DNA from: Candidatus Cloacimonadales bacterium
GTDB taxonomy: Bacteria > Cloacimonadota > Cloacimonadia > Cloacimonadales > JAFGVF01
DNA length: 64,000 nt
Assembly (NCBI GenBank): GCA_963678315.1
Contig: OY782781.1
Coordinates: 512,001-576,000, forward strand
Direction of reading: 5' to 3'
Shown piece after piece: positions 57,177 through 64,000 of the stretch. Below the pieces are notes generated by a model. It saw only the letters and a program-made list of their open reading frames with translations. It was not told the DNA's origin and did no database searches. A program made the translations under genes and the position numbers. The stretch's first letter is position 1; each line of letters starts with the position of its first letter.

Positions 57177-58909
57177 TGCTTAGAAGGAATTCAATATTTA
57201 GCAAGATTCTAGGATCCTATCTTATAATTTCTATAACCCTTGTGATATTGATCTTTGTTCTATCCTTTAAAATGGTAAATGATAGATACATTGACAGACT
57301 AACACAAGATTTAGAAGTTCAAGGTAAATCTACATATAATCTTCTTGAAGATGATATATTGAATAGTAGCCCTGACACTATAAACGAGAAAATTGCCAAA
57401 GTATCAGAGACTATTCAAGCTAGAATCACTATCATCGATATTAATGGTATAGTGCTATACGAATCTGATAAAGATCCCGAACACATGGATAATCATGCAG
57501 ATAGAAAAGAAGTTGTTATAGCACTTGATGGACAAACAGGTTCATCAGTTAGATACTCGGCAACACTTAAGAAAGAAATGCTCTATGTCGCTGTTCCCAT
57601 TATGAGAAACCAGAGGCTCTTGTACATTTCTAGACTAAGTGTTCCTATTGATGATATTCATTTATTATTAGATGATTTCAAGCAAGGTATCATAAACTCT
57701 GCATTAATTTTGCTAGTATTGGCTTTCATAATTGCATTTATTCTTGCTAAGCATTTTTCCAAACCAATCAATCAACTTAGCGTTGCTTTTAAAGAAGTAT
57801 CTGATGGAAACCTATCTAAGAAAGTTGAAGTTTCATCTAGCTATGAAATTCACGAGCTAGCAAAGTCTTTTAATCTGATGGCAAAAAAACTATCTGTATC
57901 GGTCAATGAACTACGTGATAAAAGCAATCAGTTAGAGACTATAATTGACTCAATTAACGAAGTTCTGTGGTTGCAAGATTACCAAGGCTTGCTTATTGCA
58001 GCAAATGATAGTTTTAAGAAGATGTATAAATCGAAAGTCTATCAAGATAAGTACATCTGGGAATTAATCCATGACCCTGACACTAAAAAGGTTATAGAAA
58101 AAGTAAATCCCCAGAATGCTCATATCATTAAAGAGATAAGAATAGCCGAAAAGTGGTATATTCTTAGTTCTTCAAAACTAGACGATGAGAAGGTAATATT
58201 TGTACTGCATGATGTTTCAGAGCTTAAAGAAATTGAAAAGTTTAAGAAGGACTTTGTTATCAATGCTAGCCATGAGCTTCGTACTCCTTTAACCGCTATA
58301 AAAGGTTTTTCTGAACACTTACTAGATAATGCTCAAGATTCCGATGCTAGATATCTAAATATCATATTAAGGAATACTGAACGCTTAATTCATTTAGTAA
58401 ATGATATTCAGTCTTTAGCTAAACTTGAACAAAAACCCCTTCTAAGAGCTACAAACATTAATTTATTAGACTTTCTTGCTAATACCAAAAGTATCTTTGA
58501 AGAGAAGCTTAAATCCAATAAACTATATCTTAACTTGAATATTCCTGATAACTTACCTCAACTGGAAGTAGATAAGTTCAAGTTTGAGCAAATCTTTGTT
58601 AATCTAATTGATAATGCCATAAGATACACTTCAGAAGGTGGAATTACTATTTCAGCTGAAGCACAATACCACAGCATAGTAATTAAGATTACAGACACAG
58701 GTATTGGTATTCCTGAAGAACATCTACCAAGACTATTTGAACGCTTCTATGTGGTTGATAAATCACGCAATAGAAAGAATGGTGGCACTGGATTAGGCCT
58801 TTCTATTGTTAAACATATAGTGCAACTTCATAATGGTTCTATTAAGGCTGAATCATCACTTGGTAAAGGAACAAGCTTCATTATAACCCTACCTCAAAAA
58901 TATGTATAA
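57176..58909 (+). CDS. phoR: Sensor histidine kinase PhoR
   Basis: Two TMs, MDNH..R.EV sensor domain, HAMP, PAS, ASHELRTPLT, NLIDNA, FERFY.VDKSR, GGTGLGL. Confidence 0.88.
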   Translation: MLRRNSIFSKILGSYLIISITLVILIFVLSFKMVNDRYIDRLTQDLEVQGKSTYNLLEDDILNSSPDTINEKIAKVSETIQARITIIDINGIVLYESDKDPEHMDNHADRKEVVIALDGQTGSSVRYSATLKKEMLYVAVPIMRNQRLLYISRLSVPIDDIHLLLDDFKQGIINSALILLVLAFIIAFILAKHFSKPINQLSVAFKEVSDGNLSKKVEVSSSYEIHELAKSFNLMAKKLSVSVNELRDKSNQLETIIDSINEVLWLQDYQGLLIAANDSFKKMYKSKVYQDKYIWELIHDPDTKKVIEKVNPQNAHIIKEIRIAEKWYILSSSKLDDEKVIFVLHDVSELKEIEKFKKDFVINASHELRTPLTAIKGFSEHLLDNAQDSDARYLNIILRNTERLIHLVNDIQSLAKLEQKPLLRATNINLLDFLANTKSIFEEKLKSNKLYLNLNIPDNLPQLEVDKFKFEQIFVNLIDNAIRYTSEGGITISAEAQYHSIVIKITDTGIGIPEEHLPRLFERFYVVDKSRNRKNGGTGLGLSIVKHIVQLHNGSIKAESSLGKGTSFIITLPQKYV

Positions 58910-59402
58910 AACACTGAGTGCTTCTGATAATATTTATGACCAGAAAATGGCTGAGCTCTTTCCATTGGTTAAATCTATAGCTCTGAAGTATGCAGACTAT
59001 AACAATGATGTAGATGACTTAGTCCAAGAAGGTATGATAGGAGTTATAAAAGCTGTTGATAACTTCACAGAAGAAAAAGACACTAAATTCTCGACTTATG
59101 CTGTGTATTGGATTAAAAAGTATATCTTAGATTATTTAAATAGGAATTCCACAACAAGCCACTTTGAGTATTCTGAACTTGATGATTATACAGAAGATGA
59201 AGTTCAGAAAGAAAACACCATCTCTCTTAACTTCCCCGACAACTTTCCTGAATTAGAAAAGAAAGTAATTGTCCAGCTTTACGAGCATGAATTCACTCTT
59301 TCTCAAGTTGCTAAGAATCTTAGTATCACTAGAGAAAGAGCAAGACAGCTCAAGGAGAAAGCCCTTCGCCGACTAAAGGCTTTCGGATACACTATTGGGT
59401 AA
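58902..59402 (+). CDS. Minimal sigma-70-family factor (regions 2 and 4 only)
   Basis: DLVQEG.IG..KAV..F...KFSTYA.YWI; TL..VA..L.ITRERARQL..KALRRLK; overlaps phoR by 8 bp. Confidence 0.82.
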   Translation: MYKTLSASDNIYDQKMAELFPLVKSIALKYADYNNDVDDLVQEGMIGVIKAVDNFTEEKDTKFSTYAVYWIKKYILDYLNRNSTTSHFEYSELDDYTEDEVQKENTISLNFPDNFPELEKKVIVQLYEHEFTLSQVAKNLSITRERARQLKEKALRRLKAFGYTIG

Positions 59403-59501
59403 AATCTCCCTCATCTACCATAAAATAATTGACACTAAAATTACTCCATTTAAATTAAGTAAAAATACTTTTATGGCTATATTGAATAAAATGAGGTGTC
59501 G

Positions 59502-60530
59502 ATGTTAGAAAGAATTAGTAATCCTAATGAGTTTGGTGAAGAAAAAGATTTTGACAGGGCTTTACGACCTAAGCGCCTTAGCGATTTCGTTGGTCAAGAC
59601 CATATAAAAGAGCTACTAGATATATCAATTCAAGCAGCTAAATTAAGAAACGAACCCCTTGACCATGTTCTTCTTTACGGACCTCCAGGTCTTGGTAAAA
59701 CCACCCTTTCTAATATTATTGCAAATGAATTAGGTGTTGAGATTAAGATTACTTCTGGACCTGTTCTTGAAAAGCCATCAGATTTAGCTGGTATCCTAAC
59801 TAATCTCCAACGCTATGACGCCCTCTTTATTGATGAAATTCACCGACTTAACCATGTTGTAGAAGAATACATCTATCCGGCTATGGAAGACTTCCAAATG
59901 GAGATCATTCTCGATAGCGGACCTTCTGCTAGATCATTACAAATTGACTTAGAGCCCTTCACAATGATAGGTGCTACAACTAGAGCAGGCTTGTTAACAG
60001 CTCCTCTTCGTGATAGATTCGGCCTTGTTTTAAGATTAAACTACTATGAACAATCAGCTATTGAAAGCATTATTAAACGTTCTGCAAGCATCCTTGATGT
60101 CCCAATTGAAGAAGAAGGAGTTATTGAGTTAGCTAGACGTTCTCGTGGTACTCCTAGAGTTGCAAACAGACTTCTAAGAAGAGTTCGTGACTACGCCCAG
60201 ATTAGAGGAAATGGCATCATCACCAAAGACATCGCCATGAAGGCGCTTAAGATGTTAAATGTTGATGAAGAAGGTCTTGATGAAATGGATAAAAAGATTC
60301 TTCTTACTATAATAGAGAACTTTAAGGGTGGACCTGTAGGCATCAAAACTCTAGCTGTAGCAGTAGGTGAAGACCCGGGAACAATAGAAGAAATCTTTGA
60401 GCCATATCTTATTCAGAAAGGATTCCTTGAAAGAACCATGCAAGGAAGAAAGGCATCATTCAAAGCCTACAAACATTTCAAGCTTGATCAACATTCAGAT
60501 CAAATTTCTATCTTTGGCTTAGAGGAATAA
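59502..60530 (+). CDS. ruvB: Holliday junction branch migration helicase RuvB
   Basis: [47 protein letters not shown]. Confidence 0.97.
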   Translation: MLERISNPNEFGEEKDFDRALRPKRLSDFVGQDHIKELLDISIQAAKLRNEPLDHVLLYGPPGLGKTTLSNIIANELGVEIKITSGPVLEKPSDLAGILTNLQRYDALFIDEIHRLNHVVEEYIYPAMEDFQMEIILDSGPSARSLQIDLEPFTMIGATTRAGLLTAPLRDRFGLVLRLNYYEQSAIESIIKRSASILDVPIEEEGVIELARRSRGTPRVANRLLRRVRDYAQIRGNGIITKDIAMKALKMLNVDEEGLDEMDKKILLTIIENFKGGPVGIKTLAVAVGEDPGTIEEIFEPYLIQKGFLERTMQGRKASFKAYKHFKLDQHSDQISIFGLEE

Positions 60531-60557
60531 TACAAGCACCTAATTTCTTCCCCTATC

Positions 60558-60601
60558 CTTAAGTGCATCTTGCATAAATCTGATTTTTAATGCAGGAGGG
60601 G
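60558..60601 (-). repeat. Isolated end-hairpin of the composite cassette family
   Basis: CTTAAG..CTTGCATAAA..TTTAATGCAGGAGGGG resembles 5283-5330 and the reverse complement of 50526-50569. Confidence 0.55.
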
Positions 60602-60739
60602 CTTAACAGGATTAAGATTGAGCAAGTGTATATTCAAGATTTCTTTATAAGCAAAGTGCATCTTCTAACCTTAACCTTATTGTTTCTTAACTCACTCTTT
60701 TCTTGACATCAATTAGCAATAATGTGAATTTGTTAATAT

Positions 60740-61405
60740 ATGAATAATATGAACGATTTAAAAATTATAGATAAAAATATCGACCACTTACTCTTTGATT
60801 TTGATGGTACTATTGCTGACACACTATCACTTAGTGTAGAACTGTATAATGAGATAGCTAAACAATATAACTTTGTTAGTGCTGACAATTCTGAATTACC
60901 ACGATTGATGAGTATGACAATCACTGAGATTCTTAAGTTAAAGAATATCCCGATTTATATGGTACCTATTGCTTTGCTTAATGCTAAGAAGAAGATGAAG
61001 AATAGAATAGCTGAAGTAAAACCATTTGCTGGTATTAAGAAGTTTTTACATGATTTAAAAGATGCTGGCTATCATCTTTCAATTATCTCTTCTAACTCTA
61101 AGGAGAATATGCTCAAATTCTTTAAGAACAATGATATAGATGTTTTTGATTACATCTATTCAAGCACTTCCCTATTTGGAAAGGATAAGTTAATTAAGCA
61201 CTATCTTAAAGCTGTTAAGACTACTTCAGAAAAGGTTCTTTATATCGGTGACGAGATTAGAGACATAGAATCTGCTAAAGTTTCTAACATTAAGATAGTT
61301 TCAGTTACTTGGGGATTCAATAATAAAGAACTTATTGAACAACACGAGCCTAACTATATAGTTGATACTGTCAACGAATTAGAATCTCTTCTTATACCTA
61401 GTTAA
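60740..61405 (+). CDS. HAD-family hydrolase (phosphoglycolate phosphatase-like)
   Basis: FDFDGTIADT, SSN, YIGDE.RDI, VTWGFN. Confidence 0.88.
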   Translation: MNNMNDLKIIDKNIDHLLFDFDGTIADTLSLSVELYNEIAKQYNFVSADNSELPRLMSMTITEILKLKNIPIYMVPIALLNAKKKMKNRIAEVKPFAGIKKFLHDLKDAGYHLSIISSNSKENMLKFFKNNDIDVFDYIYSSTSLFGKDKLIKHYLKAVKTTSEKVLYIGDEIRDIESAKVSNIKIVSVTWGFNNKELIEQHEPNYIVDTVNELESLLIPS

Positions 61406-61424
61406 AACAATTAAAGGATTTTAT

Positions 61425-62681
61425 ATGAAAATAGCTGTAGTGGGATTTGGGGCAGCTGCGATTGGATTTCTTCACTCACTAAAAGGCTCTCAACATGAGA
61501 TTATTGTCTTAGAGAAGGCTAAAGATATTCACTCTAGTTCAGTTTCTGGGATTAGAGCTGATGGTAAAATATTCGTTTCTTCTGAGATGGGTGGAGACCT
61601 TGATGTTGATATCGAACTTCAACAAAAAGTTGTGGATTACTACCTTTCAAATGTTGATTGTTCCGATGAAGAAATAGAACGTGGTAAATCTTTCTCGAAT
61701 TCAGAATACTTTGAAAACTTCTACGCTGAAGGATTTAATCCTGTGCAATCAGATTTCTGGCATATTGGCACAGATGAGCTTAAGAACGTTGTCACAAACA
61801 TCTTTAATGAGTTAAATTCTTATGATAACATAACATTTAGATTTAATTCTCAAGTTGTAGATGTAAGAATAGATACTAATCCTCTAGTGCATTTTGCTGA
61901 TGGCTCTCAAGAAGAGTTCGATAATGTTGTTATTGGTGCCGGTAGAACTGGTCATAGACTAGTAAAAGCTGTAATCAATGAACATCCTGAACTCATCATG
62001 GAGAACACTAAGGTTGATTTAGGTGTGCGTTTCGAGCTTCCCAATCATATCGTTGATGCACTCAATAAAGAAATGTACGAGTTTAAAGTTAAACTCAGAA
62101 CTGCCACAGGTTATTCTGTAAGAACTTTCTGTAATAACCCTTCTGGTTATGTGGTTACTGAAAAGTACGAAGATTTTATGACTGTAAACGGCCATGCCAA
62201 GCTACAAGAAAAAAGCACGAATACCAACTTTGCTATCCTAGTAACTCACTCCTTCACAGAACCATTTAACAACCCTATTGGCTACGGTTCTTATATTGCT
62301 AAATTGTCTAACATTTTGGCAGGAGGAAACAAAGTCATTCTTCAAACATTTGGTGATTTCAAAAGGAATAAAAGAACTAAACATCTTGGCAGAGTCAACC
62401 CTACCCTACCTTCAGAACAGTATATATTAGGCGATTTAAATTTAGCCTTCCCGGGTAAGACTTGCAACGCTCTAGTTGAATTCATTGAAACACTCGACAA
62501 AGTAATCCCTGGTATAGCATACAGTGACAACTTGATGTATGGTACTGAATGCAAGTTCTACAGCAATAAAGTTGCTAATAATAATGCTAAAATCAAATTT
62601 ATTGGAGATTGTTCAGGTTGGACTCGTTCAATCACCTATGCGACAGCACATGGATATTATTTGGCTGAAGAATATAAATAA
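61425..62681 (+). CDS. FAD-dependent oxidoreductase (uncharacterised family)
   Basis: VVGFGAA Rossmann motif, DGK, GAGRTG, VDLGVRFE, VRTFC.NP.G.V, VNGH, GDCSG.TR. Confidence 0.8.
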   Translation: MKIAVVGFGAAAIGFLHSLKGSQHEIIVLEKAKDIHSSSVSGIRADGKIFVSSEMGGDLDVDIELQQKVVDYYLSNVDCSDEEIERGKSFSNSEYFENFYAEGFNPVQSDFWHIGTDELKNVVTNIFNELNSYDNITFRFNSQVVDVRIDTNPLVHFADGSQEEFDNVVIGAGRTGHRLVKAVINEHPELIMENTKVDLGVRFELPNHIVDALNKEMYEFKVKLRTATGYSVRTFCNNPSGYVVTEKYEDFMTVNGHAKLQEKSTNTNFAILVTHSFTEPFNNPIGYGSYIAKLSNILAGGNKVILQTFGDFKRNKRTKHLGRVNPTLPSEQYILGDLNLAFPGKTCNALVEFIETLDKVIPGIAYSDNLMYGTECKFYSNKVANNNAKIKFIGDCSGWTRSITYATAHGYYLAEEYK

Positions 62682-62704
62682 TAAAACATAAAAAATAGAT
62701 TATT

Positions 62705-62733
62705 GAGCTTTGACATTGTCAGAGCTCTTTTTT
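62705..62733 (+). terminator. Intrinsic terminator
   Basis: GAGCTTTGACA/TGTCAGAGCTC stem followed by T6. Confidence 0.75.
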
Positions 62734-62789
62734 GCATTAAACATGATAAAGCATTAGGACTAAAACATAATTAATTTTTCTGAATTTAC

Positions 62790-62819
62790 TTGACAAATAG
62801 ACTAATCCTATATTATAAT
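62790..62819 (+). promoter_or_regulatory. sigma-70 promoter of fusA
   Basis: TTGACA-N18-TATAAT. Confidence 0.6.
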
Positions 62820-62848
62820 TTTAAGAAAATCAAACTGAGGATATATTT

Positions 62849-64000
62849 ATGGCTTCTATAGATTTAAATAAACTAAGAAATATTGGTATAATGGCTCATA
62901 TAGATGCTGGTAAAACAACAACTACTGAAAGAATATTATACTACACAGGAAAAATCCACAAAATGGGTGAAGTTCATGACGGCAACGCTACTATGGACTG
63001 GATGGAACAAGAAAAGGAACGTGGAATTACAATTACATCTGCGACTACAAAGTGTGACTGGCGTAAACATGAGATTAACATCATCGATACTCCTGGTCAT
63101 GTTGACTTCACTGCTGAAGTTGAACGCTCACTGCGTGTTCTAGATGGTGCTATTGGTGTATTCTGTGCTGTTAGTGGTGTGGAACCTCAGTCTGAAACAG
63201 TGTGGCATCAAGCTAACAAATATAATGTTCCGCGACTTGCTTTTATCAATAAAATGGATAGGTCTGGAGCTGACTTTGAAAATGTTGTAGAGATGATTCA
63301 AGAAAGATTATCTGATAAAGCTATTGAAATTCAACTTCCTATCGGTTCTGAAGAAAACTACAAGGGGCTGATAGACCTTATAAATATGAAAGCAATAATC
63401 TATGATGATTCTACTTTAGGCTCTGAATTTGAGATTATTGAAATCCCTGAAGAATATAAAGATACTGCTGAAATGCATCATGAGAATTTGGTTGATGTTA
63501 TCTCTGAATATGATGATGAATTAATGGAGAAGTTCCTTGAAGGCCAAGAAGTAACTAAGTGCGATATAATTAGAGCATTAAGAACTGCTGTTATTGACCA
63601 TCAAGTTGTACCTATTCTTTGCGGATCATCACTCAAGAATAAAGGTGTTCAACCGCTATTAGATGCTATTATTGACTTTCTACCATCTCCTCTTGATATA
63701 CCGCCGGTTAAAGGCACTAAAATAGATTCAGATGATTTAATTGAGATAAAGTCTAACCCTGATGGCAAGTTGATTGGTTATGCCTTTAAAATTGTTACTG
63801 ATAAGTTTACTGGAAAGCTAGTCTATGTTAGAATCTATTCAGGAACTCTTAGCAAGGGTGCTGTCTTTATTAATGCTAACAATGGCAAGAAAGAAAGAGC
63901 TGGCAGAATATTACAAATGTATTCTAACAGGAAGCAAGATATAGATGAGTTAAGAGCAGGTGATATTGGGGCTATCTTAGGCTCTAAATTCACCATGACA
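62849..64000 (+). CDS. fusA: Elongation factor G, truncated by the window's right edge
   Basis: Own translation: [34 protein letters not shown]...[16 protein letters not shown]...[10 protein letters not shown]...NKMDR; open to the window end. Confidence 0.95.
   Translation, partial: MASIDLNKLRNIGIMAHIDAGKTTTTERILYYTGKIHKMGEVHDGNATMDWMEQEKERGITITSATTKCDWRKHEINIIDTPGHVDFTAEVERSLRVLDGAIGVFCAVSGVEPQSETVWHQANKYNVPRLAFINKMDRSGADFENVVEMIQERLSDKAIEIQLPIGSEENYKGLIDLINMKAIIYDDSTLGSEFEIIEIPEEYKDTAEMHHENLVDVISEYDDELMEKFLEGQEVTKCDIIRALRTAVIDHQVVPILCGSSLKNKGVQPLLDAIIDFLPSPLDIPPVKGTKIDSDDLIEIKSNPDGKLIGYAFKIVTDKFTGKLVYVRIYSGTLSKGAVFINANNGKKERAGRILQMYSNRKQDIDELRAGDIGAILGSKFTMT

Noticed and set aside
281..63143. 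Numerous 60-120 aa ORFs antisense or out of frame within long genes (e.g. 281-538, 7189-7515, 14127-14477, 19631-19972, 62904-63143)
   Set aside because: Shadow ORFs of well-supported genes, with no motifs

Overview
AT-rich bacterial chromosomal window. The FlgD/T9SS-like C-terminal sorting domain and the gene content suggest an FCB-group anaerobe such as Cloacimonadota (inference only). Housekeeping genes: hutH, dxs, yhbY, mnmE, alaS, fhs, type-2 ileS, ruvB and a stand-alone fusA. Other content: a TolC/RND efflux start, two orphan sigma-54 enhancer-binding response regulators, a darTG toxin-antitoxin pair, an Mrr-type nuclease next to a fused double deoxynucleoside kinase, a complete type IVa pilus cluster with an inserted Ig-repeat lipoprotein, a frameshifted PPIase lipoprotein, and a porin-pstSCAB-phoUBR operon ending in a minimal sigma factor. 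The two most unusual signals are (i) a bEBP / sigma-54 promoter / secreted 7x61-aa acidic repeat protein / cyclase-STAND-TPR module, and (ii) a recurring non-coding composite palindromic cassette (end hairpin, variable cargo, inverted REP pair). The cassette occurs in three full and two partial copies, has compensatory stem changes, and has no cognate transposase in the window. No rRNA, tRNA or CRISPR array was found.
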